Below the pieces are notes generated by a model that was given only the letters and a program-made list of their open reading frames with translations, was not told where the DNA came from and made no database searches. A stretch of 63,747 nt of DNA, the filler included, from Sphacelaria rigidula (lineage: Eukaryota): the NCBI GenBank assembly GCA_964200075.2. It is 7 parts of 7 records of this genome, joined end to end, with 100 filler letters (N's around TTAATTAATTAA, not from the genome) between each part and the next. Parts side by side here need not be neighbours in the genome. Positions count along the whole stretch, not along the records: positions 9,123 to 18,144 come from CAXNAA020009487.1; positions 18,245 to 27,265 come from CAXNAA020009488.1; 5 more parts are not named here. The stretch is one strand, 5' to 3'. Both the position numbers and the translations under genes were made by a program. Shown one piece after another: positions 12,742 to 24,900 of the stretch (the stretch's first letter is position 1; each line of letters begins with the position of its first letter).

Positions 12742-13196
12742 GCCTCGAGAAGGCGATTCAGTCAGTGTTGCGGGTTCTAGCAGGGTGAATGACTGGCTGG
12801 AATGATACGAAGAATCAGTCAATGCACTCTTTTCGGTTCATTTGGGAAACCAAACCAACCGAGATACTGTAAGCTCAGCAGTTGTTTTGCTGGCGTGGGA
12901 TCGTTTTGTCAGGCTATCGCAGGATGCTTGTCTGTACGCTGCGAAGATCTTGTACCTCGATCCACGCTTGTCTCGGGCGAAGACAGGAAAACATCGTGTT
13001 TTGATAGCAGGGTGTGTAAGAGTGCGAGACGCCTGTCCCCCTGTAGGGGTAAGACACAGGCATGGAGACCAATATATTGATTCAGTGATGGCGAGGGTCA
13101 TGATCCATCCAGTGAACTGCCAGCTGTTTTTTTTGTTTACAGTATCGTTGTTACCTCTCGCTTCATGTTGAATTCCATGGTCCTCGTAACCATCAG

Positions 13197-13286
13197 GTTT
13201 CCGAGGTTCTCGAAGCTTGGCTTGCGGTGCAGAGGAACTGGCTGTATCTGCAGCCCATATTTGAAAGCCCGGATATCAACAAGCAG
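13197..13286 (+). CDS. Dynein heavy chain (axonemal-type) exon, linker/DHC_N2 region
   Basis: VSEVLEAWLAVQRNWLYLQPIFESPDINKQ. CAG acceptor, GTGA donor. Confidence 0.93.
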
Positions 13287-13602
13287 GTGACCTCGAAACC
13301 AAACGAAGAGCATTGCGAGAATGGGAGAATAGTAGTCTGTTTCATTAGCTCCCGCGTTGTGCTCGGTGATAATGGGCCTCTTTCATCGCACGCTAGTTGG
13401 GAGGATGTACGCACCGAGGCGTGCTGTGTACATGCAAGGGGATCGTTCTTGTGATGGCAACGCTGCACTCGACCCACCGCACTACGATAGGACCCGCAGT
13501 CACACATGTACAACCACTAGCGTGGAGCAGTTTCCAAACCCAACGCTGCGGCCTTTACATGGGCCACAACAGTTGAGCGCTTGTTTGACTTCCACATACA
13601 CG

Positions 13603-13925
13603 GCCATTTGGCCACCTCCAGAATCCCTTCAGGTGGGTAAACCTAAACGTTTCGAGCATCCAGAGGACTTAAACGCCTCTGGAGGGGTGCGCGACCCTCC
13701 AGAGGAAATGTTTTGCTTTCTTCCAGAGGGATTAAACTCCTCCGGAGGCTTACTTTTGCCGCTGGAGGGTCGCGTATACCCCCAAATTTCTCCGGAGGGG
13801 TGTGCGGCCCTCCGGGTCGGTAGAGGTTGGTTTCCTCCAGAGGGACTGAAGGCTTCCGGAGGCTTGTTTTCCCCCTGGAGTGCCGCACATCCCCCCGGAG
13901 GCATTTTGAGGTGTGGCCAAATGGC
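13603..13925. mobile_element. MITE in dynein intron
   Basis: TIR GCCATTTGGCCAC/GTGGCCAAATGGC. Interior full of TCCAGAGG/TCCGGAGG motifs in both orientations. Confidence 0.65.
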
Positions 13926-14267
13926 TACGTGTGCAATTACTCACGTACGCGGGTTTTCCCACATTTTCGAACGAAGCTAGCATCAAGTCCCGCGAAGAAT
14001 GAGAGCAATCGCTAGGTGTACACGCCCTGATATTTTGACTGGCGCAGTCCGGCATGAAGTCTTGATGGAGCTATTGAATATCCTACAGTCAGTGAGTGAG
14101 CCCGCGCTGATAAGCTGATTTGCACATTCCAACACGAAAACTTGATGGAGCTATGGCGCAGCTTACAATCTCCGACGAGCCCGATGTACAGGGGTCGTCA
14201 CGGCGTCAGTGGTCTACAGGGCATATGATGAAAACGCAGCTTTTGACCCTCCTGTTCTCTGCTGCAG

Positions 14268-14392
14268 TTGCCGACGGAGGGTAAGAAGTTCGCCATAGTA
14301 GACAAGAACTGGCGACATACAATCTCCAGCGCCAAGAGCAACAGCAAGGTCATCGAGTTCTGCAACAGTGCCAAGTTGCTCGAGCGCTTCAA
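14268..14392 (+). CDS. Dynein heavy chain, next exon
   Basis: LPTEGKKFAIVDKNWRHTISSAKSNSKVIEFCNSAKLLERF continues the preceding exon in phase 0. CAG acceptor, GTGAG donor. Confidence 0.92.
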
Positions 14393-14535
14393 GTGAGATC
14401 AGACCCGCAATTGATGTCATGTGTACAGTAGGGTCATGGTGAAGATAACATGTGCCTTGTTCGGAAATTCGACTGACCTGATCCTGATTGATTGATTAGT
14501 TGATTAGTTGTTCGTCGCACCTTTGCTGATCCCCT

Positions 14536-14669
14536 GTGGTCATTATTCACATGAAACCCAGCCGTGGTCATTATCCACATGAAATCCAGCCGCCATGATC
14601 ATCATCCACATGAAATTCAGTCATGGTCAATATCCACATGAAATCCAGTCATGGTCATCATCCACATGA
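14536..14669. repeat. Minisatellite, ~28-bp unit x ~5
   Basis: Repeated (C/G)ATGGTCATTATCCACATGAAATCCAG variants. Confidence 0.85.
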
Positions 14670-14885
14670 TGGACGTATCGGGCATGAACAAAAGGGGAAA
14701 CCTCGATGAAGAAAAGTGGAGAAGACCGAACGGCAAACCAGACAAACAAACAGAGTAGAAAGACCGCAGCGGATTCTCAAAAATGGGGTTGAACAAAACC
14801 ATGATGTTCACAACTCACAAGCAGTCCTTTCCCTGACCTAAAGTCATGGCAAATGACTTTCATATGGACGACCTCATCCTTCCCA

Positions 14886-15404
14886 GGACACTTTCTACGA
14901 TAGCCCCCCCCCTTCCTCAACCAGCCCAAAAATGGCCCGAAAAAAATGGTCATACAGCGCCCGGTGATTGGGTTCAGGCTGCTACAAGCGGCTCATGTGG
15001 GCGACATTGGTGAGAACGAACCCAAGCGTGGAAATTCCCAGCTGCTCGTTGTGCTTGGCCTTTTCTATTTCGATTTACGTGAAGAGTTTGCGTCCTGAAA
15101 CCAGGCACTTTTGGGGGGGGCGTACTCATTTGTTGCTTGCCTCAGCCGTTTGACCATTAACCACGCATCCCTTTCCAGATGGAGCACCGTTCCTTATCCG
15201 AATAGAGCCACCTTCAACATTCCGGCGCTCATTACGTTTGTTCCATACATTTTTTCACAACACATTTTGCATGTCTCATCCCCGTCCTGTTTCGCCGTCT
15301 GTGGCCACTACTATCTATCTCCTAGTATAGTCATCGTTTTCTCCCTACTGTCTAGTGCACCATTGTTTTTTTATTTGGGGGGGAAGGTATCGTCGAAAGT
15401 GTCC
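14886..15404. mobile_element. MITE family B, copy carrying a LINE fragment
   Basis: TIR GGACACTTTCTACGATA / TATCGTCGAAAGTGTCC. Body matches the empty copy at 44219-44462. Confidence 0.75.
15121..15362 (-). mobile_element. LINE 3' fragment (C-tract-associated family)
   Basis: Encodes a degenerate ORF2 C-terminus ending ASNK*. Flanked by TTTG7-8 on both sides. Confidence 0.8.
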
Positions 15405-16189
15405 CGACCTCCCCAAAACTCTTTTAGAGGATGTCTAGCCTTCCGTTCCCCCAAAAGGTGTGTGCGATAAGATATTTTTGCCTCGATTTTGGGATGACAA
15501 AAAGAACGCTTTTTGGCCCAAAAATTGCGCTTTCGCACATATTCTTTGGGGGAACGGAAGTCCGAACACCCCCCAAAATATTTTCAGGTTTGTCGTGGCT
15601 GAAGGTCAGGGAAAGCACTGCTTTTGAGTTGAATCTCACTTTTTTGTTCAATCCCAACATTTTGGAGAACCCGCTGTCAGAAGAAGAAACAAAGCAATGG
15701 CAAAACAAAACAAAAACAGAAGAAATAGCCGGCCCCTGCAACATGGCTTGGATGGAAAAAGTCTTGCGCAAGAACCGCATGCGTACCCAACCGTTAAAAA
15801 ACACACCGGTGGGAACAGATGAGGGCTCATCTATTTCAACCTCACTTTTTTGGGTATGAAGCTCTCATTCACTGCCCATGCGGAAGCGAGGCACCACGAG
15901 CAACGCTACTGTAGGAATGCACTTTTTGCTCAAAATCTTGTCTGGTTCGGGAGCTCCTAACAATTCTAGATGCACAAGAATAGAGGTCAAGGCGTTCCCG
16001 TTTGAAAATTCATTCGGGACATCCCTCGCACATTGGGATAGTAATCCTGGCGAATACTCTTACATATTTCATAAAGTCGAGTTTTGGATGAGATAAAGGG
16101 CCCCTAACAATTCTAACCCCGGAAAATATTTGTGCACCCCTACCGTAGCATATCTCCACACTGCTACTTACATACACACCGGTGGGAGA

Positions 16190-16270
16190 CGTGCTCTCAT
16201 CTGTTGCTTGCCTTAGTCGAGTCGTTTGACCGTTGACCACGAATGTATATATCCTTTCGATACAGAGCAT
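16190..16270 (-). mobile_element. LINE 3' fragment, short
   Basis: Same 3' sequence, with CACACCGGT duplicated on both flanks. Confidence 0.65.
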
Positions 16271-17153
16271 GCACACCGGTAGAGGAAAGAAAACACATAA
16301 GAGAGAGAGAGGGCGGGAAGAGACGAGAGAGAACGGAGAGATCCTTGTACGTGTGAATTAAATACATGCGTCAGTTCTATTGTAGACCCTGATATTGCTG
16401 TAATACCAGTAAATTGGGGAGGGGTGATCCGTCGATACTTTCACGTCTGATAGCATTCCTTAACCCTTTTGGAACCGTTGGTGGAGAAATAACGATTTTT
16501 AATTGACGTTTTCTTCTTAGGCAAGATATAGTTGTTTTTTTATACAAGTGTTGGTGATGCAGCCCACCAGAACGGTGCACTATTCCAAGTTTAAGCATAC
16601 TAATGTGATAGATTCGTGCACTGAACTCGAAGTGACGTTTTCCCGGTGACGAATGCTTTTGCATATTATGGGAGTTCGTACCTTTTTTCGCGAGTTCCGA
16701 AAGGGTCATATATATATGTGTGTGTATATGTTCCTGTGACAAAGAAACGCGAGATTATTTCCATCTAAAAAATATTGTGGTTTCAAAACTAACGAATGAA
16801 CATACAAACACGACACGCCCTCTGACCGATTGGCAAATTAAGACATGGATATAAACACTCGATAACTTCGGGTTGTTGCCCTTTTTTTTTCTTTCAATCT
16901 TTATAACTTTCTTCCTGGAAGTTCCGCGTCGTTTTACGCCCTGAAAAAGAGTTAGGCGGATTTTAATCACTTGGAATGCTTCGCTGTACTTGTCGAGACG
17001 GTTCCAGCACACGTGTAATATTTCATCTTCGACGATGAGGTTGAACATTAAAATGAGTTTTCAACTCCAAAACAGTGCTTCCCCTGACCTGAAGTGATGA
17101 CAAATGACTTTCATACGGACGACCTTATTCTCCCCGCCCCCCTTGAAACTATT

Positions 17154-17249
17154 CGGAAGTGTCTCTATTAGGAGTAGGAACGGTGCTCCGTCTCTAAAGG
17201 GGTGCGTGGTCAACGGTCAAACGACTAAGGCAAGCAGCAAATGAGTACG
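17154..17249 (+). mobile_element. LINE 3' fragment with 17-bp TSD
   Basis: CCCCCCTTGAAACTATT at 17137-17153 and 17252-17268. Confidence 0.85.
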
Positions 17250-17732
17250 CCCCCCCCTTGAAACTATTTCTGGGGTTCCCCGTCTGCCGTTCCCTAAAAG
17301 AGCTCATAACAGACCTTTTGAGATGTATCCACTTCTTCTAATCCTCACACTTGAGGCCCAGCGAGTGAGGCCTGATATCGATAAACGGGCAATATTTCGG
17401 GAGTCCTGTGAGGACCATCCCAAGGATGACGTGACCACACATGGTGTTTTCAGGCTGAAAGTTGTTAGTCAGGAAATTTGCTCCACATTGATAGCAGCTG
17501 TTTGATCAACTTGAACTCCGTAGTTCCCGATGACATCGTCACTGCTGCTGAGGAAATAACAAAAAAAAAGTTTTTTGAGTCTTTCCTTCCGCCAGGTGGT
17601 ATACCACTGATCAAAATCTCCCGCAACAGGGGCGTTCTATTCCACCAAGCTTGTCTTGATGTTTGATGTCGAGTTTCAGTTGTTTGACCCACACTTCGAG
17701 GATCAGCCCCCCAAACATGCAGGGCTGTGTGT

Positions 17733-17966
17733 GAGTCATGCTACGATAGGGAGGGAGGGCGGGTGTTCGATTCCGCGAAAAAATGGGCTTTTAGGTGCCT
17801 CAGACGACCTACCACACTCGCGGTGCGCTTATATTCGGGTGAAAGCGGTGTCAATCAATATGAATGAGCGTTATACATCGGAAGAAAGCCCGTTCGAACA
17901 ACCGCTGCTGCTATTAACGACGATTGCAAGCAGATTTTTGTGGAATAAGACGGCCCAAAAATACAA
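17733..17966. mobile_element. MITE family A, partial copy
   Basis: Left TIR GAGTCATGCTACGATAGGG plus shared body. Confidence 0.7.
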
Positions 17967-17973
17967 TGTATAA

Positions 17974-18144
17974 GCCGTGACTATCTCTGGAAGTGACAAT
18001 ATCAGACACTGCAGCAACTCACTGGAGGCCGTCATCCAAATGCAACACAACCAGCAGGCTTCGGGCCGAACAATGTGAGCAGGATGCAGCTGACCCTTCA
18101 TGCGACTCGCCGAACACACCACGACGCTTCGCGCTTGGTGATTG
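17974..18144. repeat. Dispersed repeat family D (also ~18562-18768 and ~59027-59245)
   Basis: Shared ACTCA(C/T)T(G/C)GAGG...AGCAGG(G)ATGCA...CGCTTGGTGATTG. Confidence 0.65.
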
Positions 18145-18244
18145 NNNNNNNNNNNNNNNNNNNNNNNNNNNNNNNNNNNNNNNNNNNNTTAATTAATTAA
18201 NNNNNNNNNNNNNNNNNNNNNNNNNNNNNNNNNNNNNNNNNNNN
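18145..18244. other. Contig-join spacer
   Basis: N44-TTAATTAATTAA-N44. Confidence 0.98.
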
Positions 18245-19347
18245 CGTGATGATTTGTCCTAACCGTGCAATGTTTTCGTGAGACTGAGGGTAAAGGATAC
18301 GATTGGGAGTGAGGAGCGGCGAGGCCCCATACACTTTCTGTAGTAGCTTGCCACTGAAGCCCTTGCTATCCCTGAGTAGGATATCGACGCATAGCTGTAA
18401 GCACACGCTAGTGTGACGGGCAAAGAAACCACACACACGCACTGAAAAAATGGTCAAGTTGAAGCGAATAATAGAAGCTACTCTCAATCAATGCTCTACC
18501 CTCAATCTCACATTGCTCCATGCGGTGTTCAAATGGTGAGACACCCATGAGGCATCGTGACCCGTGGCTGTCTATGGAAGTGCCGATGTCGGAAAATGAA
18601 GTAACTCATTCGAGGTCGTGATCCGTACGCAACATAATTAGTACGCTTCGGGCGGAAGACAGTCTTAGCAGGATGCAACTCACCCTTCATGCGACTTGCC
18701 GAACACATCACGGCGCTTCTCGCTTGGTGATTGATTTCGAGACTGGTCCGGCGAAAACCTGGCGTGCTCCTTCCCCGCTTTGTAGGGATGCGAGGTCAAC
18801 GATCTTATGACTGGCATGCACAATCATGAGTTTACGAGTATACCCCCTACCGCATCTTCTCTCCTCCCCTATCCATCCGGCGTGTTTTGTCTTTTACCCG
18901 GGTTTGAAATCTCTGCAAAATTTGGACGAACTGCTTCATATTCTGCATACGTGGTCCATGAAGTTTTGGTGTGTTCGACGTGTGTGTCCAACAGTTTGTT
19001 GGGCAGGCCGCTGCGTTGTTTAGGTTTTTCAGAATCAGATGTACATCGAAAGTATGTCATTGTGTGTATCACCAGGTTCTTTGGAGGTAAAAGCCAAGGT
19101 CAACATTTGCTCCGCACTCAGAAACATCACTAGGTTCTCGGAAAGCATCACCGTTATCCTCTCACGTCTGATACTGCTTACTGCAGACAGTCAGTCCGGT
19201 GTACACAACGGCCATGGTGTTTTTTTTTGTTTCACTTTTTCGGGGAAGAAAGTGTCCGCGCGGCTCGGACAGTGTACATACACCGTACAAGTACACTGAA
19301 GTTCACCTGCAAACTTTTTTGTTTTTCGACTTTTTTCGATTGCACAG

Positions 19348-19470
19348 GACTACATGCTAGCGTACTCGTTGCGCAAGTATGCGGGAGTGCGGTCGTATGC
19401 TTTGCCAATGGATCTGAGCGACAGCGAGACTTGGGGAAACACGGACGTGGAATGGGACATGCAACATCAG
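19348..19470 (+). CDS. Glycosyltransferase-like protein (At5g60700-like), penultimate exon
   Basis: DYMLAYSLRKYAGVRSYALPMDLSDSETWGNTD resembles the recalled plant motif (ED)LHLSYQLQKY...VLPVDP.DKETWGD. CAG acceptor, probable GC donor. Confidence 0.7.
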
Positions 19471-20274
19471 GCAAGGCTTCTTGGGGGAGGGGGAGAGGGA
19501 TTGGAGGTCTCACAAAAGAAGCTGTCACCCAAAGGCAGTGTAGAACAAACAGCTTCAGTGCTTAGCGCGTTGATGTTTCAACACACGCACGTTATTTCAG
19601 CGCACAAACACCACTGTGACTTCACCAACCCCTCCCTCACGAAACTGTGATTTTGTGATTTGAACTCTGGCTCGCTTTGCTACTCTCCTACTTGAGCCTT
19701 CTCCTGTAAGAGGAAAGGTCGGATGGGCCCTGGTATGTTGTAAACCCCGGGATGGGGGATGGGGGATGTCGTGCATTTGCAGCATGTTCAATATCTGTGT
19801 ATAGTCTGTGCGGCACTCTGTACACAAGCTCAGATGGAAGCTCCACAGTAACTCTTCGAAGAAACATCGGAAATAGTGCCCATGTACCCATCGGCACGCG
19901 TGCACACGGACGCGAGACATACATGGTGCCACCAGGTGAATACGTTGTGGCCCCCCTGTACAGTAGATTTTGTTTTGTATCAGAATCACGGAATTCGATA
20001 TTTCGCTTCGTTGCCGAGTGTACCGGAATGTTTGCACTTGAAAGACTTACTTCGAGATTGTTTTCATCACCCCCTCTGTTATTTCATGTGCGTGACAATG
20101 TGGATCTCTCTCCGCGCTTTTTTCTTCTCCCAACTGGATTTCAATCTACTCTGGGCACGTTGTGCTGTTCAGCAGCCATCTCCTCTCACCTCTTCTTTCC
20201 TACCTGCCTGCATTTTGTTCAACCTGACCTTTAGTCTGACTTTTACTCTTGATAAACGGCCGAGTGCATTGCAG

Positions 20275-21951
20275 GGGAGCTCGGGAACGACTGTAAAAAG
20301 CATGGTGCCCATGCGCGACCGTCTGTGGCACCGCCTGTTCAAGCGGGGTGGGGACTACTTTATGTCCCCACGGTACGCTAAAAACCCACGCCCGATCCTG
20401 TTCGTCGTGGACTCGGAAAAAGACGCCTATATTCTGCGCCCCCTGTTCCGGCAGCTGGCAGCATTATCTCTCTCCGCACCACCCTCGGCATCCCCCAGAG
20501 ACGAAGCACAAGGTGACGGTCGCCGAGAGGATGATGCCTCGACGGCGGTAAGCCTTACAAGCGGCCGACCGCCGCGCGTGGTTACTACGGGAAGGTGGGG
20601 AAATACCGCCAGCTGCCCCACTGTGGCCTCAGCCATCGGATTGAAGGAGGGGGAATCCGCTGCCGAAGAGCTATGCGATCCGGACGTTTTCCAGTCGGCC
20701 TGGCAGCTCAACGCCGGACGGCAGTTTCCTAGGGATGAGATGGGTCGCGGTGGCAGTAGCGGTGGACGCGATCATACTCTCATGTTGGATCTTTCTAGTG
20801 GAATTTTGGGCGCGGTTCAGACCATATCGCCGCTGGCAATAGTGTCTGTCGGAGGGACGGGCGTGGCGGCCGGGGTCGGGGGCGAGGGCGGCGGCGGTGC
20901 TGCGATGGACGAGGCGTTGGCGGCGGTGAGTGCGCAAAGCGGGGTGCCCGTGGTGCGGTTGGAGAGGTTGCCGGCTTCGAGCAATGCGTTGAGATGGCTA
21001 GCGTGGCTATCGCCCGAGGCGTTCAGGTATTGGCACAGAGCACGCATCGACATTCTCGTGGTGTATGACCCTTCCCCTTCCTCTTCCGTCACCGGTGTCA
21101 ATGATGTTGACGGCGATCGTGATGAACGAAATGTCGGCGGCAGCGGCGACAGCGGATTCAGACAAGGTCACACAGAAGCGCAGCTTGCCTCCCTCCTCGA
21201 CAGCCTCGAGGATGCCAACTACTTCGGTGACAGCGTCAGCTTAACCGTGGCTGTAGGCGGCGGGGCTCGAGTTCCCAAGAGCGTCGGCGAGCTCGCGTGG
21301 CATCGCGGTCCCAAGTTTGTCCGCGAGTCGCTGCATGCCGTCGGCAGCGCTGGTAGGGAGGAAGAACGTCGAGGAGTGGCCGCGGCGGTGACTGCGTCGG
21401 TGCGAGAAGTAAAACACTCTGGGCAACTGTCCAGCGATGCGCTCGCGGTGCTAGCGCTGCAATCGTGGGTGCCTCGAGATAGCGACAACTTCGTCGTGGT
21501 ACTCGAGGCCAGCTCTGTTGTTAGCGAATATTTTTACTCATGGCTCAAGGCGGCCGTTTTGGAAACGAGGTACAGCAGTCCGTCCGTGTCGCAGGCCGAC
21601 AAAGGGGACGCGCGGGAAGGTGACGAAAGGGTCCACGGGGTGTGTTTGCAGAGCGGCGCGGTACCTGGGGCTTGGCTCCTCGCACCCAAGGTCTGGCGGT
21701 CCGCTCAGGCCAGGTGCTTTGGTGGGAACACAGGTGACAGCGCCGGCGCAGGAGGTGCAGAAGAGGTGGAGGCATCGTGTACGCGCCACGCGTTGATACC
21801 CTCCCTCGAGAGATCCTTGTGCCCAGCGATGCAAGGGTCTTTGGTCTCGCGGACATGCGCTGACGGAAAGCCAAGACAAGAGAGTGAAAAACTGGTAGTA
21901 GATGACGAACTGGTGGTAGCGCTTGCGAGGAAAGCGCTCTTTGATAAATGA
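20275..21951 (+). CDS. Glycosyltransferase-fold protein (At5g60700-like), terminal exon
   Basis: Motifs LLDSLEDANYFGDSVSL, WHRGPK and QSWVPRDSDNFVVVLE...VSEYFYSWLK. GC-rich coding style begins after the TTGCAG acceptor at 20274. The upstream part of the 691-aa ORF is probably intron. Confidence 0.8.
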   Translation, partial: GSSGTTVKSMVPMRDRLWHRLFKRGGDYFMSPRYAKNPRPILFVVDSEKDAYILRPLFRQLAALSLSAPPSASPRDEAQGDGRREDDASTAVSLTSGRPPRVVTTGRWGNTASCPTVASAIGLKEGESAAEELCDPDVFQSAWQLNAGRQFPRDEMGRGGSSGGRDHTLMLDLSSGILGAVQTISPLAIVSVGGTGVAAGVGGEGGGGAAMDEALAAVSAQSGVPVVRLERLPASSNALRWLAWLSPEAFRYWHRARIDILVVYDPSPSSSVTGVNDVDGDRDERNVGGSGDSGFRQGHTEAQLASLLDSLEDANYFGDSVSLTVAVGGGARVPKSVGELAWHRGPKFVRESLHAVGSAGREEERRGVAAAVTASVREVKHSGQLSSDALAVLALQSWVPRDSDNFVVVLEASSVVSEYFYSWLKAAVLETRYSSPSVSQADKGDAREGDERVHGVCLQSGAVPGAWLLAPKVWRSAQARCFGGNTGDSAGAGGAEEVEASCTRHALIPSLERSLCPAMQGSLVSRTCADGKPRQESEKLVVDDELVVALARKALFDK

Positions 21952-24900
21952 TGTTGAGGTAGCAGCGCTGGCAAACTTTTTCAGCGAAATGGATCTATCA
22001 AACGATGCAGTCGGAAAAGACACGACGACTGTGTCAAGCGACAGCACGGCACTGAGGCAGCGTGTACCGGAAAGGAGCTGAATGTTCGTGCCCACTGTAG
22101 TCTTCGTCGTATAACGTAGGGGCTGCGTTGTTTTATAAACGAGTGAACCTTGTAGATGGTACGCCGTGGGCGCTTGAAAAGTTGACGAGGGAGGGAAGCG
22201 AATATGGTGAAGAAGTGGCAGCCCCCCTTCTTGTGGTGAAATCAATCGGGGCATGAATCGAGCGGTGCCATTTTTGCGTTCCCTTGTGGTTATATTTGTC
22301 CAGTAAAGAAGGCCTTGTTTCGTTATTTGTGGTGAGTGTGGTTGACTCTGTCCGCGTGTGGGTGTGCCTGCGAGTTTGCTTGCCCAGTCGCAGATGGAGC
22401 GTGTTTCAGCCAAGCAGAAGAGTGTGTTTTTGTTTTATTGTTTCGCATGTAGATGGTTGGCCTTGCGCCGACAGATTCTCCTCTTTGAGCGTGAGGTGTG
22501 ATGATATCTCAGTTTAATACATACTCATCGTATTTGCGATCTCCGTGGTAGATGACGGCTGTATCAAGTGGTGTATCGGTCATTCTTGAAATTGTTGGAT
22601 TTTGTGCAACGCCCACCGCTGGCATGTAGCGCCGAACGGATTGATATGTATCCCGTCTGTTTTCGTACGTGTGTGCTGGACGCTGGCCTCGAGGTGAGGG
22701 TTGTGTCGTTGTTGCTTTCATTTTTTTCGTTCAGTGTAATCTTTCAAGGAACTTGGCACAGTGCAGTTTTATTGTAACGCGTATTTTGCCACCTCCGTAG
22801 TCACGATCGAAGGTACACAACGCTTCGTCTTCAGACTGATCTACATATCCATCCGCTTTGATTTTTTCGGTACATAAGTTGCGTGAAACTGTGCATTTTT
22901 GACCATGTTGGGGTAAATATTTTGATTTTGATTGATTACTTGATTTTCGCACTTTAGTTGAATCTCCCAGGTATTCAGCGGTGGTCGCATTTACATAGAT
23001 GCATACTTGTCTCGGTGCGGTGGGGTGTTGGGACTTGGTTCTGGTATCCTGGTGTCTTGACGTCATCAATATGGCCTCCCGCAAGGGCTAGCTTGTGTAC
23101 CCGTGTTACATTTGTTGCAACGCAGCTACTTGTCCTCGTTGCGTTAGCTACAGACGCGCCGATCGCATCCATCTGTGTTGATTGGCAAATCCTGAGTGAA
23201 ACACCGACAGGGTATGTGTCTACGAAGTACTTTGTTCTTGGGATACGGAGGCAATGTATGCCACGATGAGATTGAACGGGCCGCGATGATGTTTTGCTTC
23301 CTTTATCTCGAATACATGGTTGGAGAGTTAGTGAGTGACGTCGCCGAACGGTTCCGGCCGGAGTCAAATGTATTACGGTGAAATAGCTGCGCGTTGGTTT
23401 AATTAGTCCGATGAGGAGGCGTCCTCACGGAGAGTATGCCTGTTTGAAGGTCGGTTATGTTCTAATGCCCAGCATCACAAGGAAATGAAAACCCTTAAGT
23501 GAGTGTGGGAAATGCGTGCGCTGAAAGAGAACTCAGCGTGAGCAAAAAGAGGCGTGTATCATGCGCATGAAAACGTGCGTTTGTTCTTCATGAGGACTTG
23601 TGTACTGCTCTGGTTGTTAGCGCTCTCTGCGCGGCGGACTTGGATTCCTTGTGTGCTTGATGTCACAGTGTAGCCTGACTTCGCACACGATTTAGAGAAT
23701 ATTTGTTCCGAAAGGGTTACTGTATATGATAGATTCGGAAGAGTCGGTTGACCTGCATGCATCTTTCCAGTACTGAATCGTGTATTGTGAAAATGAACGT
23801 AGTACCAACTAATGCGATGCTAAGATGAAGTGAGTTTTTTTCTTAGACGAAGGTCTTCATTTTGCACAGGAGTGCCGTAAAGTTTTTCGTGAAAAAACTT
23901 TGGGTCGGACGCTGGCGATCGGTGCAACTCCGATCGAAAGTTGTTGTAAGTGAATCGATTTGTTCGAGATACGGCGTCCAGGCGATAACATTCGTTTTTT
24001 ATTTTTTTCCATCTTTCCATGTGAATTAAGTCGATGCGTACGGATGGCCTGTCTACGCCATATATATGTCTAGACCAAAGTGGTGAAGCCGAGATATGTC
24101 CATCAGTGAAAGTCAACTTGTATATCTTGGTTACTTCGAACGAGATGGGTTACACCGACGGTGAAATTTGCGAAATAAAAATTGCATGGTCTCAAGACGT
24201 GCGCATGATTTGACCCGAAGAAGCGTGCAAATCACCTGTTGGGATGATATGTCTTGGGTTGAGTTATGTATCGGGCCAAGCGCTATCGATCGGTGCAACT
24301 TCGACGGGGAATCGGGATATGATTTTTGTTCAGGTGAATGTGTGAGGATGATGATAGTACTTCATGCGGCAGCTTCCGTATTGATCGAAGTTGGACAAGC
24401 TTCTATAGAACCGTTTCAAATTTTGGTTTGGAAACATTTCGAAGGCTGATGAAAAAATCATTTTTGCGCCGTTTCGTATGATGAACAAAAACAAAAATCT
24501 AGAAAACTGTCTTTTTGGAGCTTCTGCGCCGTTTCACGCCCTAGAAGAGAGCTAGGCGGATTCCGTCACCTCGAAAGATCCTGCTAAACTCGTTGAGGCG
24601 GTTCCAGCACACCCGTGCGTTTTTCCGGTGGCCGCAGTTACTTTTTTGGCCAAACTTGCATTTTTCTCGGAGGCCGCACATTTTTCTCGGAGACCGGTGA
24701 AGTCCAGAAGAAATTCCGAAGGTCGCCTTGCCACCGCAACAGAGCGTTATGCGCCAATCCCCACAACATCATGTTATCGGGGCACGTGCGCATTCTATTG
24801 ATGCTGTCCTGGGTTGACTCCGCTGGGAGGCAAAGCCTGCCCCGCTACCCCGGCCTGCCTTCACGCATCGCCATCCGCCACCACCAGTCGATCCTTGTCT

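Larger units (their letters stand above)
14767..15676. mobile_element. Long-TIR foldback element hosting nested insertions
   Basis: 14767-14850 is inverted relative to ~15590-15676. A related arm occurs at ~17040-17305. Confidence 0.6.

Noticed and set aside
19876-20274. N-terminal 133 codons of the 691-aa ORF
   Set aside because: Pyrimidine-rich and intron-like. Homology resumes only after the acceptor at 20274.
23405-23455. Hairpin followed by GTATGCCTGTTTGA, reminiscent of the 5.8S rRNA 3' end or a hammerhead core
   Set aside because: No upstream 5.8S similarity and no GAAA half of a hammerhead core
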